DNA of 64,000 bases from Felis catus (GCF_018350175.1 NC_058368.1:23190001-23254000), one strand, 5' to 3'. Shown: positions 25,511-39,811, numbered from the stretch's first letter. The notes: generated by a model not told the origin, from the letters alone. Made by a program: numbers and translations.

Positions 25511-26165
25511 TGTGATGGTTAATTTCATGTGTCAATTTGGCTGGGCCATGGTGCCCAGATATTTGGTCAAACATTATGGTGGGTATTTCTATGAAGGTGT
25601 TTTTGTATGAGATTTACATTAAAACATTGAACTTTTTAGTAAAACAGATTGCTATGACATGGGTGGGCCTCACCCAATCGGTTGAAGACCCACATAGAAC
25701 AAAAGACTGGCCTCTCCCGAAAGAAAGAATTTCCAGCCTGATTGGCTTCAGATTTGAAGGAAACAGCATCTCTTCCTGTGTCTCCCGCCTGATGGCCTTT
25801 GGACTTGGACTGCAACATCAGCTTTTCCCTGGGTTTCTAGCCTGACAGTTCATCCTGCAGATTTTATTTTATTTTTTTTTAATTTTTTTTTCAACGTTTA
25901 TTTATTTTTGGGACAGAGAGACAGAGCATGAACGGGGGAGGGGCAGAGAGAGAGGGAGACACAGAATCGGAAACAGGCTCCAGGCTCTGAGCCATCAGCC
26001 CAGAGCCTGACGTGGGGCTCGACCTCACGGACCGCGAGATCGTGACCTGGCTGAAGTCGGACGCTTTAACCGACTGCGCCACCCAGGCGCCCCACTGCAG
26101 ATTTTAGATTTGTCAGGCTTCCTAATTCCATGAGCTAATTCCTTAAAACGAGTCTTTCTCTCTCT
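25511..26165 (+). mobile_element. MLT2-type ERVL LTR interrupted by a SINE
   Basis: tgtgatggttaatttcatgtgtcaatttggctgggccatggtgcccagatatttggtcaaacatt is the MLT2 5' end. Confidence 0.85.
25867..26094 (-). mobile_element. Young feline-type SINE
   Basis: CpG-rich; TSD ctgcagatttta at 25855-25866 / 26095-26106. Confidence 0.95.
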
Positions 26166-26760
26166 TCGTGATTAAACTAAGGATCTTGAGTTGGGAAGAT
26201 TATCATGGATTATAGTAGGCTCTAAATGTACACATATCCTTATAAATGGAAAGATTTGACACAGAAGAGAAGGAGGTAGAGATTTGAGTGAAGTAGCCAC
26301 AGGCTAAGGAGTGCCAGGAGCCACCTGGAAAAGGCAAGGAGCAGATTTTCCCCTAAAGAAGGAGTGTTGACACCTTGAATTCAGCCCAGTGATAATGATT
26401 TTGGACTTACGGCTTCCAGAACTGAGAGAGAATAGATTTATGTTGTTTTAATTTTTTTTTTCAACGTTTATTTATTTTTGGGACAGAGAGAGACAGAGCA
26501 TGAACGGGGGAGGGGCAGAGAGAGAGGGAGACACAGAATCGGAAACAGGCTCCAGGCTCCGAGCCGTCAGCCCAGAGCCGTCAGCCCAGAGCCGTCAGCC
26601 CAGAGCCCGACGCGGGGCTGGAACTCACGGACCGCGAGATCGTGACCTGGCTGAAGTCGGACGCCCAACCGACTGCGCCACCCAGGCGCCCCGATTTATG
26701 TTGTTTTAAAACCATCAAGTTTGTGGCAATTTGTTACAACAGCTGTTGAAGATGAACACA
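26166..26760 (+). mobile_element. MLT1-type LTR interrupted by a SINE
   Basis: taaggatcttgagttgggaagattatc...gcttccagaactgagagagaataga...ttgtggcaatttgttacaacagc. Confidence 0.78.
26451..26692 (-). mobile_element. Young feline-type SINE with internal 14-bp triplication
   Basis: Perfect TSD gatttatgttgtttta at 26435-26450 / 26693-26708. Confidence 0.95.
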
Positions 26761-26824
26761 CTTATTTTTACAAACATGGAACCTGGGACTCAGAATATGC
26801 GACTTGCTTTAGACCATATAGCTA

Positions 26825-27000
26825 GGGGTGCCTGGGTGGCTCAGTTGGTAGAGAGCTAGACTCCAGTTCAGGTCATGATCTCACAGTTTGTGAGTTTGAG
26901 CCCTACATCAGGCTCTGTGCTCACAGCAAGGAGACTGCTTGGGATTCTGTCTCTCGCCATCTGTCTCAAAATAAATAAATGAACTTAAAAAAGAAAAAAA
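26825..27000 (+). mobile_element. Carnivore SINE
   Basis: Head and A tail; flanks agaccatatagcta / agaccatacaacta. Confidence 0.9.
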
Positions 27001-27159
27001 GACCATACAACTAGCATGTGGCAGAACTAGAGTTTAATCCAAGTCTACTGATGTTAAATCCAGTGCTCACCCATAGTGGTTGCCTTTTTCCTTACTGAGT
27101 TCTCCAGTGAGACAGAGAGGATAGTGGCGGAAGGAGCAAGACAGGAATGATTGTCATTA

Positions 27160-27317
27160 CTGGGTGCTTATTAGAAACATTAGGGGAACTCTTATAGAAT
27201 ACCACTCTAGGTCCCACTCCAGACAATTGAATTAGACTCTTTGGTGGTGGGGCCTAAGCAAAGGTATTTTTAAAAGTTCTCCAGGTGATTCTTGGGTGCA
27301 GCCAAAGTTGAGACTGG
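27160..27317. mobile_element. MER5-type hAT MITE
   Basis: ggtcccactccagac...ggggcctaagc...ctccaggtgattct...gcagccaaagttgaga. Confidence 0.65.
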
Positions 27318-30300
27318 TTCAGGAGACTCTTCAAGTCAATGTCCTCTCAGAGCCTCAAAATGGAAGTATGACAAGGCTGGGGCAGGACAAAAGAATCTTC
27401 TTCTACCTCAACAATGGAGCAGTGGAGCAGTGGTACACGTTCATTTCATATTTTCATGTGTGGGAGAAATATGACTATTTTTCTATATCTGAAGTTGAAT
27501 TCTCATCATTAACCTTATTACCTCAAGTGCCAGAATCTTAATCTCTGTTAAATCAGGATCTATCCCCCTCCTGCCTTCTTCGATCCAGGAGATATATATG
27601 CAGTGACAGATGAACAGGGAACATCTAGCCTTTGGTATTGTTATCTGACATTTATTGTCACATCCCTCTTCCCATATGCTCTGTGTCATTGTTCTTTACA
27701 AATCTATCCTTCCATGTTTCTACCTGTCATCTCTCAATGCTTATCTAAATAGCTCTTGAGGGTTCTGCAAGCCTTGGCAGGCTTCCCCAGCTTTGGTAGG
27801 ATGGGTACCTATCCTAAGAATATGATTCAGCTCCTTCTAAAGGGGTATACTGGCCTGCCAGAGGATTCCACACCTGTGCAGCCACTGTGCTCAAGGGATT
27901 TTGTGTCTCCTTCCAATACTCCTTGTTTTAGATCCCCAAATCTCTTTGGGGGTGGAATTACCCTTTATCCTGGAGACAGTGGCCTTGGAGAGTGCAAAAC
28001 ATAGGGGACCTCTTCAAGGAACCACCACTGTTCCTTGCTTCCCTCCCACTTTCCTCTCTCTGTCTTCTTTAGGGACAAGATAATTCCAGTTCTAAAGCAT
28101 CAACTTTCCTAGAGCCCTTCTTGGTTCTGGCTTTTGAAACTTGAAGTTCAGTCCCTTGCAATTCCAAGCGCTTGCATTTACATCTCAAAACCCGTCCTCT
28201 GATGATCTGTACCATCATTCTTTCCTTTAGGTGGTGAATACTATTAACTAAGTGGAGTAAAAGGTAAAAGGTTAAATAAAATGATAAGATGATATGAATC
28301 TCAGTTATTATCTCAAATTCTCATCTGGTCAATACAGAATTGGGTTCAGATTTTGTGCTGGTAAAAGCTGTGACTCTGGGCAAATTACTCACTGCTTCTG
28401 AGCCTCTGTTTTTCCTTCTGTAAAATGCAGGATTGTGAGAATTACTAAGAAGATGTATTTCTCTTTGCCCTTTGCCACTGCCGTTCTAGGTTGGTCTAGA
28501 TAAGTGTTTCTACTATTATTTCTGAGGCTTTAAGAGAACTAAGAGAAATCCTGTGTAAACATACAGCTGTTGCATACTCTGTTACTCATCTTTCTTCACC
28601 CCTAAACTTTAGTTCAAGAACCTATATAGATCTGGTAACTGTTTCTGTGACAGAGGTTGGATGGGTAAAATAAAATAAGATGAAAATCAGAGAATTCTGA
28701 AAATGTCTTATGGCACCATAAAGGATAGAAAAAAAATGTAAGGATCTGGCAAAAACTAAGTGTTCAGTAAATAGCTGTTATTCACTCAGCCCTCAGTAGA
28801 AGTTCAGGGTAAGCAAATATATTGGAAGTTGTTTCTGTAGCACTTTGTAATTCTATTAATTCCATAGTTAACAATAGGAAAGTTTATTATTTCTTTTGAG
28901 AATTTCACATTTCATTTCTCTGTAAAAAAAATTTAGCAAGAGTAATTTGAACTACATTTCAAACTTTCCTCCTTCTTTTCGTGACTTACAATACAAACCA
29001 AGCGTCTTTTCTGTGACTCGTTGAATTTTCATATTTGTTTCTAAGTTTGAATTAGCCTCCATTTTATCCATTGAATTTTCAAAGTCACACGCGACAGCCA
29101 CTTTTCTCGTCTGTGTCGATAAGTCTGCACTCACTAATTGGCTGTATATCTAGAGTCTCTTAAATCTAGTTAGTGTTAACACTGATAGGCAGTGCCTATC
29201 TAAGTCAGCTCTTTCTTCTATGGCTCTATTTACATTTGACTCACATACTGCAAAGTTATTTGTTGAGTTAAAGAATTTTTTTAAGTTTTTATTTTAATTC
29301 TAGTTAGTTAACATACAGTGTTATATTAGTTTCAGGTGTACAATATAGTAATTCCACAATTCCATATATCACTCGGTGCTCATCAAGTGCACTCCTTAAC
29401 CCCCATCACCTAACCAATAGGCCTTGCTCTGGGCAATAAAATGTGCAGGGTAAAAAACTTTAATTATTTTAAAGGACTGTGAAAAAATTAAAGTCTTCTC
29501 TTCCTTAGGACATCCCCCGCTTTCCCTGCACACCACCTCAGTCCTTAATCTCCAAGTAGAAGGCAGAAATAGACACAGTGGGAGACCTCAGGCCATTGTA
29601 TGTGAAGAATAATTCCTTTTTCCCTTCTTCCTCATATACTCTTGCTCTACCCTCCACCTTAACATGTTCTACCTTCTACATTCCGCCTACTACTGGTTTC
29701 TGAGATCCTTGCAGATAAGAATTACAAAAGTTTTTGTTGTGGAAAAAGTAGTTTCTTAGTAAAGCAGTTTCATTTTTTAAGGCTGATTGTCTAAAAACAA
29801 AACAAGGTTAGCAGGTAGGAGTCCCATCATTTCACCTCACTGAATTCTTTTAGTGAGGTATGAAGACATACAGAGCTCTGGTCACAGTCAAGGAGTGCTG
29901 AGGAAGAAGTGCACCTCTGCCCCCTTGCTTAGGCTTCCAAAGGAGCCGGCCCCACAAGATCTGCATGTTCTCTTTCTCATTCCTCGGCTTATCCCATATT
30001 TTTGCTGCTGCTTTGCCTGTTTTTAAGCTAGTATCGAAAAAGACACACCAGGAGACATGTTTAATGGATCACCTGTAACGTGGACTGGAAGGGTGTGAAG
30101 CCAGTAAGGCTCCTAGAAGAATTCTAGCCCTACATCTTATTTAAGTTCATGGACTTGTTCTGTGTTTACCCATGGGAACTTATTCTGAGTTTACCCTTTA
30201 AGTAAGCGGCCTTAGACTCAGATGGCTGGTTTGATCTGGTAGCTCAGCTTCTGTGTTACTAGCAATTAAATAGAAATGGCTTGAAAATAAGTACATCCTA

Positions 30301-30384
30301 TTCATAGCTGATGGGATATGTGTTCCTAACAGAAACTGGTAGGTCCCAGCCACAGCTTTTTAGACAGATTATCCAGATTTTTAA

Positions 30385-30598
30385 AAAAATGTTTATTGAT
30401 TTATGTATTTTGAGAGAGGGGCGGGGGGAAAGTGCAAGTAGGGGAGGAACAGAGAGAGGGAGAAAGAGAATCCTAAACAGGCTCTGGGCTGTCAGCACAG
30501 AACCCAACTGGGGGCTCTATCTCATGAAACGTGAGATCATGACCTGGGCCGAAATCAAGAGTAGAACATTTAAGAGACTGAGCCTCCCAGGAGCCCCA
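30385..30598 (-). mobile_element. Carnivore SINE
   Basis: Reverse-orientation SINE ending cccaggagcccc. Confidence 0.88.
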
Positions 30599-31539
30599 GA
30601 TCATTCCCCAGATTTTATTTGATTGGCAATGATGGGCAGTAGAAGGGTGGAAGAAGAGACATTTGAACTACCAGTGTCTGTTTTTCCCTTCCCTGCTTCT
30701 AACTGCACATGGTGTCTTTTAGTGATGAAAGGAGCCTTGAGGACAGTCCTTCATGAGTGCCAATGAAATGAAAAAGTCCTTGAGAATGTCTTGCCTTTAG
30801 AAGCTCAGAGATTCTGGGGGCTGCAAAAAGCCCCTTTCCATTCCATAAGCGGAGAGGCTGCTTGTTTCGGATTCACTTTTTTCTTTATACATCGCTGTTC
30901 GGTGCATTGCGCCACTGCACTTCAGAAGCAGGTGCCAGAGTCTGGATGATACTTGTCAGCCACACCCATCCATTCCTGGGTTAACATCTTATACTGAAAG
31001 CTTTGACACATTTTATAGCTAGATATCCAGTGAACAAGCGCCCAGTCATCCGTCCAATGGTCAATTCTTGATGGGGCACACGTCATCAGAGTTTTCAATT
31101 GTCAATGTGTGTATCTCATTAAGAGATACACATAAGAGATACACATAAGACTCTACTCCTCAGATGGGCCTGGTGAAGGAAATTTTCTAAAGCTTCCCAG
31201 GTGATGCTGGTGTGCCATCTGGATTGGTAAGTAGTGACTGATTTTTTTTTTTTTTTGAAGGCAGAATCGCCTTTTTTCCCCCCTCACTGCTCTATGAACG
31301 CAGACATAGAGTACTTATTTTTTAAATGAACCCCATCCTACAGATAAGGTAACTAAGACCCAGAGAAGTTAAGATCTCACAGACGGTGGCGATGGTCGTC
31401 TTTCCAATACCACATCTTACCACTTTACTAGGAAGTGGTCAGGTTGCCTTCTGGCCACAGGTTGGCTATTAAGGCTGCGGTGCTGACTTCTAAGGGTCAA
31501 AGTTTGCTCCGTGCCCGCCAAGCCCAACTTTGCTTGAGC

Positions 31540-32200
31540 TGGTAATCCCTGCTAAGAAAGTCCGCATCTGCAGAGTTAACCGAGGTCCCGCCCGCGAAGG
31601 GTGGGGCGAGGGGTGGAGTGCGCGTCGCAAGCAGCTGGGTCGCCGGCCGCCTTGCGCCTCTGCGCCTGCGCACGGCGCCGAGGGGACGGGGTCGGGCTCA
31701 GAAATGGCGGCCTCCATGTTCTACAGCCGGCTATTGGCCACAGCCGCCCTTAGAAGCTGCGGGTCCCGGCCGGCGCTGCGGGCCGCCGCCCAGGTATTGC
31801 GGCCCAGCCGGCTCTCGCTTGGAGGGCCGGCAGGAGAAAGGGCGAGGTGGGAGACCTGGTTCCTGTGGGCGAGGTGTGAGGGGATCTGAGGCCCGGCTCG
31901 GGGTCACTTCGCAGTAGGTGACATTGCGTGACGTGGGGTGCCCAGCCGGGCCCGCGGGCGGCGTGCCCTGGAGTGCTGCCTGCCGTGACAGAGAGCGGGC
32001 CCATGTTTGCGCTGCTCTGCTCCCGGGCCATCTGGCTGCGGCTGCTCACCCAGTTGCCGAGGGGCCGCAGGGAGGCGGGTGGAGGGCGCTTCCAAGTGGA
32101 GGTGGAGGTGCCTGGGCAGTTTCTGCTCCTTTTTCTGTGCCCCGCAAGGTGGGCCGAGGCTTCTGCGGCCCTTCTGTGGGGAGGGGGAAATGCCCTTCAC
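31540..32200. promoter_or_regulatory. CpG island / SUCLA2 promoter
   Basis: CpG-rich; GC boxes at ~31587-31620; NRF1-like TGCGCCTGCGCA at 31661-31672; YY1-like AAATGGCGGC overlapping the ATG. Confidence 0.88.
31704..31793 (+). CDS. SUCLA2: Succinate-CoA ligase ADP-forming subunit beta, exon 1 (mitochondrial targeting peptide)
   Basis: MAASMFYSRLLATAALRSCGSRPALRAAAQ; 90 nt; donor CAG|GTATTG. Confidence 0.95.
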
Positions 32201-33906
32201 ATGTACTTTCGTGTCCCTTGGGAGCTGTCATAGGTGGGAATGACTTCACAGGACCAGCTTGCTGACTGGCCTTTTTTGGGACGAGGCAAGAAGTTTCCCA
32301 CCTCTCCCAAGGAGTTGTGTACTGTTGGTGTTAACCGTGGGAATAAGATGATGTTTGTTAGCTTACCAACTGGGGAAGACAGTTATCTTTTGGATCACTT
32401 CATTTCTGTAGAGAGTATAGCATAATAAGCACGGGTTTTTGTTTCGTTGGTGTTTTGTTTTGGAGTGTTTACCGTTTCCAGGTACTGTGCTAAATAAATA
32501 GGCATTTTACGTCTCGTTAGGCTTTTAAGCAACGCTCTAAGGGCGTCACTAATATACTCATCATTGATGAAACTGTGGCTAAGAGAACAAGTAATTGGGG
32601 CCAGGTCGGGAAGCAGGTAAGGTCAAAGCTAAGGCCTAATTCCAGACTGGCTGGCTCCAAAGCTTGTGTGCTTGAATCTGCTCTTCACTTTTTTCTTCGC
32701 TTTTTTCGGAAAAACTTGGCCTGTGTTTTCCAAAGTTGATACATACTTGTGAAAGGGCATGATTGGTTTCATAAGTCAATTTCAGTGTTTTCGATGATGT
32801 TCAGAAATTAAGTCCTTAGACATGACAAAAATAAATTGATTTAGACTTTTATTCTTTTTGGAAGCTGTTCATACTTAAAACTTGGAGATGGTAAATGCTA
32901 TGAGTATGCTTCTTAATAAGAGAAGTGATTTTTTTTTGGCCTTGAACTTCCTTCTTATGAGTCTTAAAAAGTGCTGTCTAGTTTTCAGAAAATGTGGATT
33001 TGGTGAACAAATATGTTTTCGTCATAATTTTTATCCTTTTGGAAATTGTTTTAAAAGCTTTTGTCTCTCCATATGGAGATGCCTAGCATGTTGTCTTAAT
33101 ATCTCTTTTCTTCCACTCTCACATTAAATAATACATATTTAGAATTTGGAAGGCCCTTAGTCTAACCCCTTGCTTTTGTAGATGAGAACACAGAGGTGCA
33201 GTGTCCTAGAAAACTTGTTCACCGTCACACACTGAGTTTAGCTAATGCTCTTAAATGTTTTAATTCTCTGACCCCTTCTAGTTTCTGCATCTTCCTTATC
33301 AGTACATTTCTGATAAAATAGTTCAGGTTATAAGCAGATGAACTAATTTAAGATATTTTCTTAGTTGTCGTGAATCACATTCCCCAGTAACTACATTTAC
33401 CCACTTTTGAATACATATTATTTAAACTAGGTAAATCATCGAATGGGTGGTGGGTTAGGAATTTAGCCAGGAATTGGTGGCCTTTTGGCAGTAGGAATCT
33501 TCTGAGTGATGATGTCAGGAAAGACAAAGACTTAAATGTGGGAATCCTTGTGATTATGCAGGGATTTGTATTGCCAGTGAAATTAAAAACTGATATTTCA
33601 AGTCATAACTTCTAGTGGTGCAAGGAAAGGATTATCAATACCGTACATATTAAAAAACCTTTAAGGTAGTATAAAAGCAATCAGCATTACTTTATGAATA
33701 CTACTGATTCTTTGTGAATATAGGTACTTGAAAGAAACTGTAAAAATATACTCAGAGCTTTGTGTCACTCACTGGTTTACCTTGAACTTTTTGGGGAAAA
33801 ATTTCAAACTGATAGAAATGTGCCAGCAGTAGTACAGTGAGCACATAATTGCCTTCACCTAAATGTAACATTTTGCCACATTTGCTTCATCTTTATAAAA
33901 TTGTAT

Positions 33907-33908
<2 letters not shown>

Positions 33909-33956
<48 letters not shown>
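33909..33956. repeat. (GT)24 microsatellite
   Basis: Perfect dinucleotide run. Confidence 0.97.
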
Positions 33957-33959
<3 letters not shown>

Positions 33960-34891
33960 AAATTCCATTCCGTCTATTTTTGCTCAACCATTTGAGAGTA
34001 AGTAGCAGGTAGCATGGCACTTTATCCCTAGATGTTTTAGCATATGCCTTTTAAAAATGAGGACGTTCTCCTAAATAACCACAATATAGTTATTATATAC
34101 TTAGGAAACCTATAGTTATCATACTTAGGAAATTTAGATTCAGATTTCCCAAGTTGTTCCCAAAGTGTTCCTTATAGCTGTTAGGTTTTTTTTTTTTTTA
34201 AACTGAGATCACGCCTCTGTAGCATTTTTTCTAGTCTGTTCGTTAATTAGGTGCTGCCTAATGAGTCTGTTAATGCTGTTATATGTGCTATAGTTGTTCA
34301 TTTATATGTTCATATATACTACATGAATTCTGCAGCTGACGCCAAGTTGGCTTTATTCTTTTAGCATCCCTAGCACAGTGCTGGTATATAGGCATTCAAA
34401 AAATGTTTGTATAACTAATTTACCAAGCTGTGCTAAAAACTCCCTTTCCCCCTTATTTTTATTATTATTTTGAGGTATAATTTATATAAAGTGTACAATT
34501 TGGGTAGCTAGATTAATTTTTATGTATGTATACATCTGTGTAGCCACCATTCTGATCATGGTATGTCATATTTGCAGCCCTCCAAAACACCCATGTCCTC
34601 TCTCCCTATTAATACTCCCTAACAGAAGGTGACCACTAATTCTATCACCAATTTTGACTGGTTTTGAACTATATAAAAAATACAAGTATATGTTCTTGTG
34701 TGTGGTTTCTTTTCCTCAAAGTTGTGTTTTTGAGATTACTGCCCTGTATTGTGAGCAATAGGTGTTTTTTTTTTTTTTAAATTGCACTGTAGTATCCTAG
34801 TATATGAATATAACATTTTATTATCTTATTGATGGGCATTTGGGTCATTTTCATTTTTTATTTATTATGAATAAGCCTGCTATGAGCTTTC

Positions 34892-35116
34892 TTTTTTTTT
34901 TTTTTTTAAGTTTTTAAAATATTTATTTTGAGAGAGTGTGCATGAGCACCACAGCGCCAGTGTGGGTAGGGGAGGGACAGAGAGAGAGAAAAAGAAAATC
35001 CCAAGCAGGCTCTTGTGCAAAAGCCCCAGGCACGGCTGTATCTCATGAATCAGATCATGACCTGAGCCGAAATCAAGAGTCGGACGCTTAACCAACTGAG
35101 CCACCCAGGTGTCCCT
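34892..35116 (-). mobile_element. Carnivore SINE
   Basis: T tract through reverse head ccacccaggtgtccct. Confidence 0.9.
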
Positions 35117-35349
35117 GAATATATATTTGCCTTTTGGTAGACTGAACACTAATTTCTGTTGCCTTTATAGCCAGGAATGGGATTTCAGAAAGTAGATGTG
35201 TGCTGAGCAGTTTGGGATGTTGCTGGGTTTTAATATTGAAGTGACACTAAATCAGGGAGTTGAGCTACCCTGGTGAAATGTTATCTAGGATTTTGGCTTA
35301 CCAGATGAATCAGAAATAAGTGGTTACTAGATGTGATTGGCTTTTTAGA

Positions 35350-35535
35350 CTAGTGGTTCTCAAACTGTAGGGTGCTTAACTATCAGGGGAATGACTTGTT
35401 ACGAATGCAGCTTTCCTGAGGCCCATTCCAGAGATTCTGACTTTTTGGATGTGAGTGGGGCCCCAGAATCGGCAGTTTTAGACACATCCCAGGTACATTT
35501 GCATTTTGATGCAAATAGTTCATGAATCCCCTTTA
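35350..35535. mobile_element. MER5-type hAT MITE
   Basis: Starts ctagtggttctcaaactg; cccattccagagattctgac core. Confidence 0.7.
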
Positions 35536-36617
35536 AGAAGTAGACTGTTTATATACAATTCCTTTAACTTCAATTCTTACGATATTTTGTGTTTCATATG
35601 AACCATATTTCAGTATTCTGCCTTCTGTGAATAGAGAATGGAAATGTATGGGTGATAATTAAATGTGTAATTTCAATTCACTCTTTCAGAGCTTTCATAG
35701 CACTTAATTTGTTCTACATATTACCATATAAGGTTGGTAGGATTGAGGAATTTGAATGATATTTGCAGGCTGTGAAATTAAGAGTTTCATGGAGGAAGTC
35801 AACTGGAGAGTGACATCTGGATCAACCCCTGTGGGAGAGTGAAGGCAGGAGGGTTGAGTAGAGGGAGAAGTAGAACTGTCATGTGGTTGCAGTAGGAGCC
35901 TTTGCCTTTCCTGTGGGAGATCTGGAACTAAGATGGTCCTTCAGAATTATCCCAAATTGGGGCGAGGTGCTAGGACTTTATATCCTTACCTTAACCTCCA
36001 TTGACCAGTCATGGATGTAGGCTGCAATGTGAAGGTGTGACTTTGGGCAAGGAAGTGCTAATGAAAGAACTCAGCTGAGAGCTATCAGCAGCCAACACTC
36101 CCAGCAGTTGGGGCTCTGAAAGGAGAATCTGAGCAGCACACTACGGTGACCACTACAGGTGAAACCAGGGTTTTGAGTCTCGAGCGTATGAAAGAGTAAT
36201 GGTACTAGATCGTTCAACTACTGCCTATCTAGTGCCAAGCAATTTGTTAGGTGCTTAAAGAATGGTGGAGACAAGAAAGGGAAGGATGAGGTTGGTTTTA
36301 GATCTGCTGAATTTGGCACTGAGGTAGAAATCTGTAGGTCATTAGAGATATGGTGGTAAAGCTCAAATAAAAGATAAGGACTAGACATGATGAGGAAATA
36401 GTTAAAACTAAAGGGTAATGTTTGATATTTAGCAGGTAGGTTAGCTCTTAGGTTATAATTTAGGTAGCCTGAATATTATACTTTGATGATTTAATGTAAC
36501 AGTTTTATTATAGTTATGAAGAGCCAAATATTCTATATAAAAACATATTTTGAGAAGGTGTTTTTAATAATAACTTCCAAATATCTATCATGTATAATAT
36601 GTCTCCAATATCTCTAG

Positions 36618-36842
<225 letters not shown>

Positions 36843-37661
36843 TGATAAGATGTGAACTTTTGGTTTATAACAACTTACAGTTTTTATTTTATTTTATTTT
36901 TTTTAAAATAAATTTTACTTAAAAGAGAAGATGGAACTTTATGATTGTTGGCATTCTAAAATTATTATGAGATTATTATGAGCTCCCATAGTGCTAGTAA
37001 CTTAAGAATCAATTACATTGGCATTAGGAATCTAAAGTCTTGTTTTTAGTTGGAATATAATTATGAGGAAGGAAGTTCTGCTTAATATTCTGAAGCTGAA
37101 AAGATTGGTGCTTGTGATGATTCTTCAAGGAAATGGTGAAGGAAATCTTAGCTGTTTATATGGTTTGATGGGAAAAGTATGGAACCAAAGGGAGGGAAAA
37201 AGAAGCTGAGCGCTAGACTGTAAGCTCCATGAGAGCAGGGTTTCTTTGTCTTCTTTTGTCCACTGATATATTCCAGACTCTTAGGAGAGTACCTGTCACG
37301 TAGGTAATCAATAACTGTTGTTATATTTTAAATGAACTAAATATTGTGTATGTTTATTAATAGATTCTTTTATTGATAAGAGAAACCTTAATAGCTTTTG
37401 TTAATGTGAATTCTGTTAATTTATATTAATCTCTTAATTAAAAAATAAATTTTGACTTTAGAAGAAGTCCTTCACTTTACATTTTTAATGATTTAATATG
37501 GGGCCATAATAGTCATGTACTAGCTGTACACTACATTTTATTTTTAGTGGTATTTAAGATCCCAGCAATTTTATGGAGATTAGCACAATCTCTCCTGTAT
37601 GTATACTTGATTAATATAGCTTTAAATGTGCTTTGATGAAGACTTTGTTTTATTAGTTTTT

Positions 37662-37886
37662 TTTTTTTTTTTTTTAATTTTTTTTCAACGTTTATTTATT
37701 TTTGGGACAGAGAGAGACAGAGCATGAACGGGGGAGGGGCAGAGAGAGGGAGACACAGAATCGGAAGCAGGCTCCAGGCTCTGAGCCGTCAGCCCAGAGC
37801 CTGACGCGGGGCTCGAACTCACGGACCTTGAGATCGTGACCTGGCTGAAGTCGGACGCTTAACCGACTACGCCACCCAGGCGCCCC
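37662..37886 (-). mobile_element. Young feline-type SINE
   Basis: TSD tgttttattagttttt at 37646-37661 / 37887-37902; CpG-rich. Confidence 0.95.
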
Positions 37887-39811
37887 TGTTTTATTAGTTT
37901 TTTAAGAAGGCTATGGAGCATTTAAAAATGTTTAAAAATTTTAAAGTTTACTCATTTTGTACTTGTTTCTAGAATGGGTTTTTCTTTCAAAAGTGGGGGC
38001 ATAGACAAGTTCAGAAGTATATCCTATATTAAAGCTATGTTTTTGACAAGTTGACCTGGAAACATGATTTTTTATAGTTTAATTTTTTGTTAATCAGAAA
38101 AAAATACTTTTTATTCAGATTATAAGCAAACTTCTTTTTATTTATTGAAAGCCTTGTGTAAAATGGTATTAATTTTGGTGAAATTTTTGTTAATTAATGG
38201 TGACCTGTACTTTGAACTTGTGCATGACAAAAAATGTGCCTCAATTTTACCCTCAAAACAATGTATATTAGAGGCTCTTAAAGGTCAAGTTTAAACAAAA
38301 CTTGTGATTGTACTTTGTATTTCTGTAATATTTCTTGGAAAGATTTCTTTCTAATAACTACTCCCTTGAGAATTGATCTTATCTATGTGACCTAAACTTT
38401 AATTTCTAAAGAAGACCCAGCTAAGTAGGAGGGAAGACTTTGAAATGCAGTTGAGAAAGTGTAAGGTTTTCTTATTCTGCTGTTCCCTTCTCAAGGATGA
38501 CACTTAGACCGGTTTGACTTCGTTCTTTTAATTTTGTTAGTCTGATCTCTTGAGAGATGATTTTTTGTTTACCAATTCATTCATTTGTAATAATGCTGAA
38601 CCATAAAATGTTTTTCATGCCAGTGTTGGTAAGGCCTGTTTTATATATAATGAGGTCAGTAAAAGCTATATTTTTCTATTTCCAAATTATTATAACTGGT
38701 TTTTCTGTCTTCATATATTTTCTCATTTAGTCAAAGTTCGTTGTTTTGTCAGAAAAAAAAAATCTATGTAGAAACTTTTTCATAAAACAAGTAGGATTTA
38801 TTTGGATGCCAGTTTCTTGATTTCTTTATTCCTTGTAAAAATCTTTAATGGCACTTAAATGATTAAAAGAAGAAAAAATAGTTAATATGTGTAGGATATA
38901 CTATGAGTATTGATATACTATGAGACCTGGCAAGGTCTCTGGGACCAGGACTTCTATGAAATAAGGAGCAGGTAGGCAGCTCTGATTATGAGCCCATTGG
39001 AACAGAAGGTGTCTTGTTCGTCTAGAAAGTATGTTTTTGTCAAATAACACAGCAGATGATGATTACAGTGTGGAAGTGGGATTAGTGACTAATGAGGACT
39101 TTTAAATTTAGAGGATCAGAAATGCTACTTTTTAAAGACATGTTTGGTAACTACTATGAAGATGTTGAGGGCAGTTTTGTCTTTTGTTGGGAGTCATTAA
39201 TATCAAAAGGTATTGATTATGGGATCTAATTGCCTTAGAAATACACCTGGTTCTGTCTGTCTAGCTAGCAATTCCTAACGCTGATTTTGGCTACTTTGTT
39301 TTTTGCATTACTGAAAAATTCACAGAGTATTAATTCCATTTATTAAAAAGCTCTTAAATCACCAACCAATATAGAGAGATACAAATGCATTACAGGTGGG
39401 CTAAACTTGCTTCCCCTCAGTTCTGTGGGTGGCAGGGGGACTGGGGCCACTGAGCCTTAAAGCTGGTGACTCCTCCTGAAATAGCCCTGGCCTCTTTCCC
39501 CAGTATTCCCTTCAAGTTCTATAATTTTCTTTGTACATCATGATATGAGAAAAGCTGGAAACACCTGTTCTGGAGGCAAGTTTTGCCTGTTGTGAATAAT
39601 TGAAGTTGGGGATGGAAGAGTGGTTGGAAGGAAATCTAATTCTAGTTTGTTTGTAGACTGGTTTTCTCATATCCTTTTTTAATGATAGGCCTTTGGTAGA
39701 CAGCTCATTAATTTCATCGTTCTGTATTGCCAAGAATAATATCTTTTAGGCTTGGGAAGTTTCTCCCTTTTGTTCTAACTTTCAGAGGAACTATAAAAGC
39801 TGTGCTTCATA

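Noticed and set aside
16480..31704. Shared bidirectional promoter for NUDT15 and SUCLA2
   Set aside because: The start codons are ~15 kb apart and each gene has its own CpG island.
31490..32265. Many overlapping ORFs in the SUCLA2 CpG island
   Set aside because: Expected from stop-codon scarcity in GC-rich DNA; only 31704-31793 matches a known protein.
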